Assembly: GCA_963675665.1 (NCBI GenBank)
Contig: OY776510.1
Coordinates: forward strand, 2,528,001 to 2,592,000
Direction of reading: 5' to 3'
Source of the DNA: Spirochaetia bacterium
Lineage (GTDB): Bacteria; Spirochaetota; Spirochaetia; UBA9216
Length of the DNA: 64,000 nt
The notes beneath the pieces are model-generated. The model made no database searches. It had not been told where the DNA came from and saw only the letters and a program-made list of their open reading frames with translations. Made by a program: the position numbers and the translations under genes. Below are positions 1-8,736 of the stretch, one piece after another (positions within the stretch are counted from its first letter, which is position 1; the number at the start of each line of letters is the position of its first letter).

Positions 1-342
1 CATGTTCTTCAGAATAAATGTCTTGGAAGAATGACCGGTATTTCATCTCTTGAAGTCAAGGCCAAACTTGATGCCGGTGAAAAACCGTTTATCCTTGATG
101 TACGCGGCCCTGATGAATATGAAGAAATGAGGCTCGGCATCGGAGAAAAGCTTATTCCGCTGGGAGCAATCAGAAAACGTCTTGATGAACTTCCCAAAGA
201 TAAAACTGAAGAAATTATAGTTTACTGTAAAATATCGCTCCGTGGGTATGAAGCGGCATGCTGTTTAGCGGGAGTCGGTTATAATAACGTAAAAGTTCTC
301 GAAGGCGGTGTAATTGCCTGGCCATTTTCCAGAGAAAAATAA
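1..342 (+). CDS. C-terminal rhodanese domain, probably of a CoA-disulfide reductase/NADH oxidase-rhodanese fusion (5' truncated by the window)
   Basis: Frame is open from base 1 (HVLQNKCLGRMTGIS...). Rhodanese motifs ILDVR..EY, IVYCKISLRG and VLEGGVIAW. Confidence 0.8.
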   Translation, partial: HVLQNKCLGRMTGISSLEVKAKLDAGEKPFILDVRGPDEYEEMRLGIGEKLIPLGAIRKRLDELPKDKTEEIIVYCKISLRGYEAACCLAGVGYNNVKVLEGGVIAWPFSREK

Positions 343-361
343 AAACTATAATATTCTTTTG

Positions 362-394
362 AAACCGTCCCGAATAGCCGGGGCGGTTTTTTTT
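362..394 (+). terminator. Rho-independent terminator
   Basis: AAACCGTCCCG-aatagc-CGGGGCGGTTT stem followed by a T run, just after the stop codon. Confidence 0.8.
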
Positions 395-467
395 GAAAGT
401 TGTAATTTAAAAATACCTGTTATCTTAAAAAACTGCTTTTTTCGGATATTACCTGCGTAAAATGAAG

Positions 468-535
468 TTGACAATATTAGTTAAAACAAATATGTTTAAC
501 ACTGCCAAGTTAATACTTGTTAACTTGGCAGTGTT
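468..535 (+). promoter_or_regulatory. Sigma70-like promoter with an overlapping perfect 16-bp inverted repeat
   Basis: TTGACA (468-473), 17 nt, TATGTT (491-496). Inverted repeat AACACTGCCAAGTTAA / TTAACTTGGCAGTGTT at 498-535. Confidence 0.55.
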
Positions 536-572
536 CTTTTGTGAAAAAAAATTGAAAAATACAGGAGAAAAT

Positions 573-999
573 ATGAGCTTCTTGCCAATTCCTTTTCACA
601 GTCTGATTGATATTACAATGAAAATACTGGATACGCGTGATCCCTACACTTTTATACATTCCTGGAGAGTTGCGGGCATGAGTGAAAAGATGGGACGGAT
701 GGGGGTATCCCGAAGGATTGTGCGGCAGAGCTATACCTCTGGGGAGCAGAATTATTTCAGTTGCAGATTCTTTTGATGCAATGACAAGTTCAAGGACATA
801 TAGAAAAGCCCGACCATATCGTGATGCGTTTAAGGAAATAAAACGCTGCAGGGGGCAACAGTTCTGTCCTGATGTTGTTGACATGTTTATTAATAATCAG
901 AATGAAATTATTGAGGTGATAGAAGCAGCGAACCTTGAAATCGAACAGCACAGAACAGATTTTGTTATTAAGAATAAGGAGATTTCCTATGCCGAATAA
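573..999 (+). pseudogene. HD-GYP c-di-GMP phosphodiesterase, internally deleted and frameshifted
   Basis: AGGAG RBS and ATG at 573 give ...RDPYTFIHSWRVAGMSEK. A different frame then continues RWDGWGYPEGL..IPLGSRIISVADSFDAMTSSRTYR..GQQFCP. The HD and HHE core between the two halves is missing. Confidence 0.8.
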
Positions 1000-1057
1000 C
1001 AAAGCAGGATGCATTGACCGGTAAAAGTCCGTAATATAAACTATCTTAAGGAAAGAA

Positions 1058-1900
1058 ATGTCTGATAAAAAGAACGCATCGGAAGTTTATATAAAATCCC
1101 TGGAGAATGCAAACAAAATTACGGAGAATGCAATTCGGTCCGCCATAGGGGCGTTAGGGCTGTTTAACGGTTGCAATGTTCTCGATGTCCCGTGCGGTAT
1201 AGGTAATCATGCCCTGTGGATGGCTCAGGATACCCCGAACAGTAATATCATAGGAGTGGATTTTTTAGAGGAACATATCGATTATGCGCGGCGGTTAAAA
1301 ATTCAAATGGTCAATCCGGTTTCAGTAGTTTTTGAAAAGGGGGATATCAACAACCTCAATTTTAAGGATGATCTCCTTGATTTTATCTGGTGCTGTGATG
1401 GTCTGTGGCCCGGGCCGGTTGAATCAGGGTGTGTGGCTGAAACCCCTTTCGATATTCTTGAATCATTAAAACGGATAGTAAAGCCCGGCGGAACAATAGC
1501 TCTTCTGTTCTGGTCCTCACAGAAGCTTCTGCCGGGATACCCTCTGATCGAAGCCGCACTTAATGCCTGTCCGTCTTCACTTCTTCCCATGACTGAAAAT
1601 CAGCCGCCTGAACTGCATTTTATGCGAGCACCATCCTGGCTTGCAAAGGCAGGGTTTGTTAATATACGCAGCAGGACTTTCTGCGCGGACATTTGCGGTC
1701 CGCTTGATAATGAATATAAGGAAGCTCTTCACAAAATCTTTGATATGCTCTGGCGGGCAGCAGAAAGGGAGGCTGCTCCCCGGGTCAGGGCAGTATATAA
1801 ATTGCTTATTGATCCGCAGTCCGATGAATATATCCTGGCGAATCCTGATTATGCCGGTTTTATAACCTACACAATGTTCACCGGTAAGCGGCCCCTGTAG
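1058..1900 (+). CDS. Class I SAM-dependent methyltransferase
   Basis: Motif I VLDVPCGIG, motif II GVDF, GDINNL, and LKRIVKPGG. Confidence 0.85.
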   Translation: MSDKKNASEVYIKSLENANKITENAIRSAIGALGLFNGCNVLDVPCGIGNHALWMAQDTPNSNIIGVDFLEEHIDYARRLKIQMVNPVSVVFEKGDINNLNFKDDLLDFIWCCDGLWPGPVESGCVAETPFDILESLKRIVKPGGTIALLFWSSQKLLPGYPLIEAALNACPSSLLPMTENQPPELHFMRAPSWLAKAGFVNIRSRTFCADICGPLDNEYKEALHKIFDMLWRAAEREAAPRVRAVYKLLIDPQSDEYILANPDYAGFITYTMFTGKRPL

Positions 1901-2027
1901 ACGTACATATCCTTAAACATTTAAACGCATTGAAGTATTGCATTGACTCCTTCGAGGACCGGTTTTGCCGTTATAAAAATAAAAAATTATTGTAAGAATA
2001 AAGATTCCAATGTAACATAGCTTTGAT

Positions 2028-3782
2028 ATGCAGATGCGCCTGGCAATACCGGATTTAAAAATCAGATACCGAATTTATTTCATGACAGTTGTTCTGGCTG
2101 TTCTGGTTTTTTTTACTGTTATAAATTTGACATATTTTTTAAGTCTGTCCAAAGCTGTGATTTGTGCAGTCCTTGCTTTGGTTGTTGTATTTGAGATTCA
2201 ATATATTGTGCGTTTCAATAAGGTTTTTCATAATCATCATTCGGCTATTATGGGTTTTATACTATTATTAATATTGATACCTGTATTAGGCGGAGACAGC
2301 AGCAGGGGCAGAATGTGGATATTTATTCTGCCCCTTGTTATTTTTTATACACAGGATTTCAAAACAAGTCTTATTTTTCTTTCGCTATCTGTTTTTCTTG
2401 CTTTGATAACGCAGATATTATCAATATTCAATCTGATTACCTCCCAGGTTCCATACACACTTGAACAGGTGATTGTTTTTTTTCTTATTGTCCTTATTGC
2501 ATGTATTTATGAAAAGACTATCCGTAATGATGAAAAAATTATTAAAAATAATCTTTATACTGATCAACTGACAAATCTTCCAAACAGGAGAAAACTCATT
2601 TATGAGCTGCAGCATCAGATAAATTCGGAAGGCGTAATTCTGGCATTAATTAATATAGATGATTTTAAAGAGATTAATGATCTGTTTGGTGCTTCTACAG
2701 GAGATAAGGTTATAAAGCATTTAAGCAAGATAATTAAAGAAGGCAAGTTTGCAAACAAGGAGCCAAGGATCTACAGACTTCATTCCGATGAATTTGCTGT
2801 TGTTTTTAAATGTGACGAAAAAAGAAACTGTGAATTATTTATACGTAATCTGATAAATGATTTATCCGAGCCGTTTTTTATGGAAAATGATGAGATTTTA
2901 ATTACAGTTTCGATTGGTGTTTCGGACTGTACTCTTTTCCCGTTAGAGCAGGCTGATATTGCTCTGAAAAAAGCAAAAGAACGAAAAGAGCATATCGTCT
3001 TTTTTGACAAATCATTTAAAACTATTGAGAAATTCGATGAGAACAGGTTGATTCTTTTAAGGTTACGAAAAGCACTGGAAACGGATAATGTGATACCGTT
3101 TTTTCAGCCTGTATTTGATATAAAAAGTAACACAATAACAAGGTATGAATCTCTTGTGAGGCTTGTTGATTCGGGAAAGATCTATTCGCCATTATCATTT
3201 CTTGAAATTTCAAAACGCTCAAAACTCTATCATAATATTACCAGGGCAATGATTAATAAAACATTCGAAGCATTTAATGAGAGTAATTATTCTTTCTCAA
3301 TAAATATTAATTATGATGATATACTTAACAGGGAAACGGAAAGTTTGCTTATTGAAAAAATTAAAAACTTCAGTTCTCCGTCAAGAATAATGCTTGAATT
3401 GCTGGAAACAGAAAAAATTGAAGATTGCCACGAAGTCCGATCATTTATCAACCGGGTAAAAGGTTTCGGCTGTAAAATAGCTGTTGACGACTTCGGTTCA
3501 GGATATTCGAATTTTAATTATATAATTTCTCTTAATGTGGATTTTATAAAAATAGACTCATCTTTGATAAAATATATTGATAGTGATTTCAATTCACAGA
3601 TAATTACAAGAAGTATCGTAAGTTTTGCCAAAGAGATGGGTATAAAAACGATTGCAGAGTATGTGCATAACGAAAGTGTATTAAAAAAAATCCGGGAACT
3701 GGATATAGATTATGCTCAGGGATATTTTATCGGAAAACCGGCCTCAGAGCTGCAAAGGCTGCCGGCGTTTGCTGAAATTTAG
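2028..3782 (+). CDS. Membrane-bound GGDEF-EAL protein, likely a c-di-GMP phosphodiesterase
   Basis: Multi-TM N-terminus. GGDEF domain (DQLTNLPNRR, INIDDFKEIND) with a degenerate active site RLHSDEF. EAL domain with YESLVR, ELLETE, DDFGSGYS, IKID, AEYV and QGY. Confidence 0.9.
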   Translation: MQMRLAIPDLKIRYRIYFMTVVLAVLVFFTVINLTYFLSLSKAVICAVLALVVVFEIQYIVRFNKVFHNHHSAIMGFILLLILIPVLGGDSSRGRMWIFILPLVIFYTQDFKTSLIFLSLSVFLALITQILSIFNLITSQVPYTLEQVIVFFLIVLIACIYEKTIRNDEKIIKNNLYTDQLTNLPNRRKLIYELQHQINSEGVILALINIDDFKEINDLFGASTGDKVIKHLSKIIKEGKFANKEPRIYRLHSDEFAVVFKCDEKRNCELFIRNLINDLSEPFFMENDEILITVSIGVSDCTLFPLEQADIALKKAKERKEHIVFFDKSFKTIEKFDENRLILLRLRKALETDNVIPFFQPVFDIKSNTITRYESLVRLVDSGKIYSPLSFLEISKRSKLYHNITRAMINKTFEAFNESNYSFSININYDDILNRETESLLIEKIKNFSSPSRIMLELLETEKIEDCHEVRSFINRVKGFGCKIAVDDFGSGYSNFNYIISLNVDFIKIDSSLIKYIDSDFNSQIITRSIVSFAKEMGIKTIAEYVHNESVLKKIRELDIDYAQGYFIGKPASELQRLPAFAEI

Positions 3783-3810
3783 GATCAGGATGAATTTGTG
3801 AGGGTTTTTT

Positions 3811-4548
3811 ATGGAAAAAGCAAAAGTTTTTTACAATGAATTAATAAACCGGTTTGAGAAAATAATTAATGAAAATGATCTTCTTGATGAGACAATTATG
3901 ATAACCGGAAAAGTCCTGACGCCGGAAGAGGCTTTGGGTAAACCCGATCGCAGGGACTTTCCCTTACTGTCCGGAAAGGAACGTCTTATGGAAGCGGATT
4001 TCAGAGGCAGCAAAGGACAGGCTTATACGGATATGCCGGGAAACTTTACCGGGGATCTTAAAAGTATTATTGAGTTTTATCCGGAAAATAATTTTCAGCG
4101 TGCTGTACTTGTTTCCAGTATAAATGCGGTATGCAGGTATCTTGGAATTGCCGATAAAACAATTCACTGCAGGGACAATGAGCCGGAATCATGCGCTGAT
4201 GAAATAACCGGGTTTATTAAAAAGGAATTCGGAGAAGTAAAAATAGCGCTTGTGGGTTGTCAGCCCAGCATGCTTGAAAAATTGTCGTCAGTATTTCAGG
4301 TGCGTAACCTTGATCTGGATGATGATAAAATAGGCACTGAAAAGTTCGGTGTAGAGATTGAACATGGAATAGAAAAACTTGATGAAGTTCTCGGCTGGTG
4401 CGACATTATTCTTGCCACCGGAAGTACAATTGTAAACAGTACGATTGTTAGGTATCTGGATCTGAAGCCCGTATTTTTTTACGGCACTACAATCAGCGGA
4501 GCAGCAGCCCTCATGGGTTACAAACGCCTTTGCTTTTGTGCGAGTTAA
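3811..4548 (+). CDS. DUF364-family Rossmann-like (putative heavy-metal chelation) protein
   Basis: Family-typical segments DFPLLSGKE, INAVCRYLG, TIHCRDNEPESC, DIILATGSTIVN and YGTT. Confidence 0.7.
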   Translation: MEKAKVFYNELINRFEKIINENDLLDETIMITGKVLTPEEALGKPDRRDFPLLSGKERLMEADFRGSKGQAYTDMPGNFTGDLKSIIEFYPENNFQRAVLVSSINAVCRYLGIADKTIHCRDNEPESCADEITGFIKKEFGEVKIALVGCQPSMLEKLSSVFQVRNLDLDDDKIGTEKFGVEIEHGIEKLDEVLGWCDIILATGSTIVNSTIVRYLDLKPVFFYGTTISGAAALMGYKRLCFCAS

Positions 4549-4578
4549 TCCGGAGTTAATCCGGGTTATAAAAATTAA

Positions 4579-4608
4579 TTGACATCTGCGAATATGATGT
4601 GATAAATT
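4579..4608 (+). promoter_or_regulatory. Sigma70 promoter of the riboswitch-led operon
   Basis: TTGACA (4579-4584), 18 nt, extended -10 TGaTAAATT (4600-4608), 12 nt before riboswitch P1. Confidence 0.65.
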
Positions 4609-4620
4609 ACAACCAATAGA

Positions 4621-4740
4621 TTCTCCGAACCGTTTTTCCTAAGGAATCTGTCTATGGAAATCCGGTCGCTGTTTCGGTCATAGCCCGAACAAAGGGAATT
4701 ACAGGAAACTGTAGTTCCTCCCGTATTTTGGAAAGGAGAA
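4621..4740 (+). ncRNA. Molybdenum cofactor (Moco/Tuco) riboswitch, P3-containing form
   Basis: P1 TTCTCC/GGAGAA. P2 carries the tetraloop receptor CCTAAG...TATGG. P3 GTTTCGG/CCGAAC. P4 GGAATTACAG-GAAA-CTGTAGTTCC. The 3' signature CCTCCCGTATTTTGGAAAGGAG closely resembles the E. coli moaA leader. Confidence 0.92.
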
Positions 4741-4859
4741 AGCACTCTACTGCTGTTTTTTTAAAACTGCGGTGTCCCTCCATACTTACGGTACTCATTC
4801 GGCTAATGCTGCTGAAACAGCACGGTCTCTCTGTTGAAATCTGAAAAAGAGGAGTAAGT

Positions 4860-6860
4860 GTGAAAAAGAGAAATTTTATCCTGTTTTTAATTATCTGTTC
4901 AGTACTGTTTTTTTCAAACGGAATTTATGCATCAGGAACACGAGAGAGTGCTGAAAATGCAGCTCAGACGGAAACCAGGATGGTTACTGATATGAGGGGG
5001 CGAAGTGTCGAAGTTCCCGTGACAATTAGCCGGGCCGCGAGCGTATTTCCCTATGTAACGTTTTTGACCCTGGCATTAGGCGGCGGTGATGTCCTTGTCG
5101 GTATTGATTCTGCGTCAGCGGGTAATGAGAACCTTATTCGGACGTACCCGGAAATGAAGGACATCCCTGCTATGGGAATGTTCTTCAATGTTAATCCGGA
5201 AAGTATTCTTGAAGCTGATCCTCAGGTGGTTTTTACCGTAAACTGGGACAAGGATCCCGATAAGACACAGGATCTTCTGAATGTTCCTGTGATATGCATC
5301 GATTTAAACCTTTACAGGGAAAGCATTGAATTCCTTTCCGGTATTTTGGGAAGCGGGGCTGAATCAAGAGGAAACGAGCTTGTATCCTGGTATGAAGATA
5401 AAAAAGATTTTATAGCCGAAAGTATAAATAAAGCAGACGTGAAGGAACCTGCAAAGGTTTATATTGTAGGCGGTAAAGGAATCCACTCCACCTTCGGAAA
5501 GGAATCCACCTGGCAATATGAAATAGAAGATGCAGGCGGAGTAAATGTTGCGGCTGATGTTGCCGGCGGCGGTGCGCAGGAAGTATCAGCCGAGCAGATT
5601 ATAATCTGGAAGCCGGATGTAATTATCCTTGATTCCGCGTGTCCTGATTCAGCGGAAGATCTTCTGAATAATGATACATTCCGGGACGTCCCTGCTGTAA
5701 AGACCAAAAGAATATACCGGGCCCCCGTCGGATTTCTTGATACTTTCGGGCGTCCGCATATGGAATCGGCATTAGCCCGTTTATGGCTTGCTGACAAGCT
5801 TTATCCTGATGAGATTAATATTGATATTGTTGATGAAGCAAAAAAGTTTTATTCAAAATTTTATGGCGCCAAACTGTCGGATTCTGAAATAGATGCCATT
5901 TTAAATCCTGTAAAACAGTCTGATGAGCCTTCCAATATTACAGTTACGGATTCTATTGGAAATAAAGTCCTTATTCCTGCCGGAGATAAAAAAGTGGCAT
6001 CGCTCAGATCCGGAATCACCGAAATAATATGTGCATTAGGCGCTGTGGACTCAATAATTGCCGTGGATGAAATGACCAAAGATGGTTATATGTACGGAGA
6101 GTTCATTTCGTTGGCATATCCTCAACTGATGGAGCAGACAGCACCCTATTCGGGGCGAGATGTTAATATTGAAGAACTGTTAAGCATAGAGCCGGATCTG
6201 GTTCTTCACGGCGGTTTCGGACGTATAAGACAGGCTGATTCAATCAAAAATCAGGCGCCTGAGCTTCCGGTTGTGATAGCGCACTTTGAGACCATGGATG
6301 CCTATATGGATGATATCAGAATTGTCGGTAAATGCGTCAATGCTGAAGATCGTGCCGAAGTTTTAATAACCTATCTGCAGCAGAAGCTCGATATGATAAA
6401 GGAATTAACAAAAAAAATTCCTGAAGACAGGAAGAAGAGTGTTTTTTATGGCGGTCATGATGTCTATCATGCTTACGGCGGAAATACATTTGAACATTTT
6501 CAGATTGTAAATGCCGGCGGGGTAAACCCGGCCGAATCCCTCACAGGATGGATGCCTGAAGTATCTCCGGAGCAGCTTCTTAACTGGAATCCCGATGTGA
6601 TTATATTGCTTAACGGGGCTGATGTTGAGGCCGTTATGAACGACGACAGGATAGAAAGTATATCCGCAATCAGAAACGGAAATGTATATGCTCTTCCGCA
6701 GGCCGGATGGGATTTTTCAACGCCGCGCGCGCTTTTTTGCATTGAATGGATATTCTCAAAGCTTTATCCGGAAGAATATTCATCTTTTGATATTAACAAA
6801 CAGGCCGACGACTTTTTTATGCAGGTTTTTAATGTTTCTTATGAAGGACCCGAACTTTAA
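4860..6860 (+). CDS. ABC transporter substrate-binding protein with two tandem FecB/BtuF-type (class III) domains
   Basis: GAGGAG RBS and GTG start. Signal peptide ending IYA-SGTRE. Two repeats beginning VTDMRGRSVEVP and VTDSIGNKVLIP, each with N.E.ll..PD, AGGVN and VS.EQ...W.PDVI. Confidence 0.9.
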   Translation: MKKRNFILFLIICSVLFFSNGIYASGTRESAENAAQTETRMVTDMRGRSVEVPVTISRAASVFPYVTFLTLALGGGDVLVGIDSASAGNENLIRTYPEMKDIPAMGMFFNVNPESILEADPQVVFTVNWDKDPDKTQDLLNVPVICIDLNLYRESIEFLSGILGSGAESRGNELVSWYEDKKDFIAESINKADVKEPAKVYIVGGKGIHSTFGKESTWQYEIEDAGGVNVAADVAGGGAQEVSAEQIIIWKPDVIILDSACPDSAEDLLNNDTFRDVPAVKTKRIYRAPVGFLDTFGRPHMESALARLWLADKLYPDEINIDIVDEAKKFYSKFYGAKLSDSEIDAILNPVKQSDEPSNITVTDSIGNKVLIPAGDKKVASLRSGITEIICALGAVDSIIAVDEMTKDGYMYGEFISLAYPQLMEQTAPYSGRDVNIEELLSIEPDLVLHGGFGRIRQADSIKNQAPELPVVIAHFETMDAYMDDIRIVGKCVNAEDRAEVLITYLQQKLDMIKELTKKIPEDRKKSVFYGGHDVYHAYGGNTFEHFQIVNAGGVNPAESLTGWMPEVSPEQLLNWNPDVIILLNGADVEAVMNDDRIESISAIRNGNVYALPQAGWDFSTPRALFCIEWIFSKLYPEEYSSFDINKQADDFFMQVFNVSYEGPEL

Positions 6861-6865
6861 AACTG

Positions 6866-7894
6866 ATGCATAATGAGCAGAAATCTGATCGGCTGTTCAG
6901 TCTTGCAGCATTCTTTTTTGGTTTGCTGTTTGTAATTCTTTTTATTGTATCTCTGTTTTCAGGCAGATATTCCATTTCGCCCGGGTTGATGTGCCGTGTG
7001 TTGCTTTCTAAGATAATACCTCTCGATATAACATGGTCACGGACTGTGGAGACTGTAGTCTTCAATATCAGGCTTCCGAGAACCGTACTTGCCTGTCTTA
7101 TAGGAGGAAGCCTCGCTGTCTGCGGGGCTTCTTTTCAGGGCATGTTCCAGAACCCGCTGGTTAGCCCTGACATTCTCGGCGTAACATCAGGCGCAGGCTT
7201 CGGCGCAGCTTTGGCAATCCTTCTGTGGAACAAGGTCGCGCTTATACAGGCCTCGGCCTTCACGTTCGGAATACTTGCCGTTGTTGTTGCTTACCTGATC
7301 AGCCGCGTCTTTAAAACAACGCCCACACTGATGCTTGTGCTTTCCGGTATTATTGTAGGCTCTATTTTTTCAGCTCTTTTATCATTGATTAAATATGTTG
7401 CAGATCCCAACCAGAAACTGCCGGCTATAGTTTTCTGGCTGATGGGAAGTCTTGCGGGTGTTTCCAGAAAAGAACTTGTAACCGTTGCGATACCAATCCT
7501 GATTGGAACAGCCGGACTGTTCCTTGTAAGGTGGCGGATAAACATACTGTCGATGGGAGACGAGGAAGCACATTCGATGGGGATCAGAACCGGCACGCTC
7601 AAGCTGTTCATCATTATCTGCGCTACATTAACAACGGCATCCTCCGTAAGCGCCTGCGGCATAATAGGCTGGGTAGGCCTGGTTGTGCCGCATATCTGCC
7701 GGATGATTATCGGTTCGGACCATAAGCGACTTATACCGCTTTCTTTTCTGGGCGGAGGCTGTTTTCTGCTCGGCGTTGATACCATTGCAAGAACCGCCAT
7801 TTCAGCTGAAATCCCGCTGGGAATCCTGACCGCACTTATCGGGGCCCCTTTCTTTGCATTCCTGCTCAGAAAAACAGGAGGCAAACCGGGATGA
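6866..7894 (+). CDS. FecCD/BtuC-family ABC permease
   Basis: IRLPR, FQNPLVSPDILGVTSGA, FWLMGS, GDEEAHSMG, GWVGLVVPH and EIPLGILTALIGAPFF. Confidence 0.95.
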   Translation: MHNEQKSDRLFSLAAFFFGLLFVILFIVSLFSGRYSISPGLMCRVLLSKIIPLDITWSRTVETVVFNIRLPRTVLACLIGGSLAVCGASFQGMFQNPLVSPDILGVTSGAGFGAALAILLWNKVALIQASAFTFGILAVVVAYLISRVFKTTPTLMLVLSGIIVGSIFSALLSLIKYVADPNQKLPAIVFWLMGSLAGVSRKELVTVAIPILIGTAGLFLVRWRINILSMGDEEAHSMGIRTGTLKLFIIICATLTTASSVSACGIIGWVGLVVPHICRMIIGSDHKRLIPLSFLGGGCFLLGVDTIARTAISAEIPLGILTALIGAPFFAFLLRKTGGKPG

Positions 7895-8736
7895 ATGAAA
7901 CAGCCGTTGAATTATTTGAAGCATCATTTTCTTACGGGACCGAACCTGTTTTTTCGAATATCTCCGGAAAGATTAATCGCGGAGAGATCGTGTGTCTTCT
8001 GGGCGCAAACGGCTGTGGAAAGACAACCCTGATGAAATGTATGAACGGGCTTCTGCAGTTCGAAAGCGGAAAGGCTTTTATTCTGGGGAAAGATTTATTT
8101 TCAATGAGCGAGAGAGAACTTGCGATGAAAACAGCTTTTGTTTTCCAGGGTTATTCTCAGGTTTTTTCATATTCCGTTACCGACATTGTTCTTACCGGAA
8201 GGGGGCCCCATCTCGGCTTTTTCTCTTTTCCAGGACAAAAAGACAAACAAAAAGTTTTTTCAATTATGAAGGAAATGCATATAAGCCATCTGGCTTCACG
8301 ATATTTTCCCACCCTGAGCGGAGGAGAGCAGCAGCTTACAATGATCGCCCGGGCCCTGGCGCAGGAACCTTATGTGCTTTTTCTTGATGAGCCGGCTACA
8401 GCTCTGGATTTCGGAAATCAGCAGTACCTGTTAAGGACTGTAAAGAACCTGGCCAGGGTATACGGAATAACGATAGTAATGTCGACCCATTACCCGGACC
8501 ATGCATTGGCCGTTGCAGACAGTATCTGGGCAATAAAGGACGGCCGGATTATCAGTTCGGGACCTCCGCTTGAAGTCCTCACTGAGGAAAATATTTATAA
8601 ACTTTATAATGTGCCGGCCAGAGTGATTGAAGTGAGAGAAGAAGGAATTAATTCTCATACTGTAGTCCCCCTGGATAACAAAGCCGGCGATGAAGTAAAT
8701 TTTATTCTTGCGAACAAAGGTAAAGATAATGAGTGA
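7891..8736 (+). CDS. ABC ATP-binding protein (FepC/BtuD type)
   Basis: Walker A GANGCGKT, signature LSGGEQQ, Walker B FLDEP, STH switch. ATGA overlap with the permease. Confidence 0.95.
   Translation: MNETAVELFEASFSYGTEPVFSNISGKINRGEIVCLLGANGCGKTTLMKCMNGLLQFESGKAFILGKDLFSMSERELAMKTAFVFQGYSQVFSYSVTDIVLTGRGPHLGFFSFPGQKDKQKVFSIMKEMHISHLASRYFPTLSGGEQQLTMIARALAQEPYVLFLDEPATALDFGNQQYLLRTVKNLARVYGITIVMSTHYPDHALAVADSIWAIKDGRIISSGPPLEVLTEENIYKLYNVPARVIEVREEGINSHTVVPLDNKAGDEVNFILANKGKDNE

Noticed and set aside
462-776. 104-aa ORF treated as an independent gene
   Set aside because: Only the part from ATG 573 to about 690 is coding-like (HD-GYP N-terminus). The rest is promoter DNA or out-of-frame read-through.
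4542-4568. Tandem 11-bp repeat GAGTTAATCCG at the DUF364 stop
   Set aside because: Only about two and a half copies with no spacers. It is a simple local duplication, not CRISPR or an iteron.
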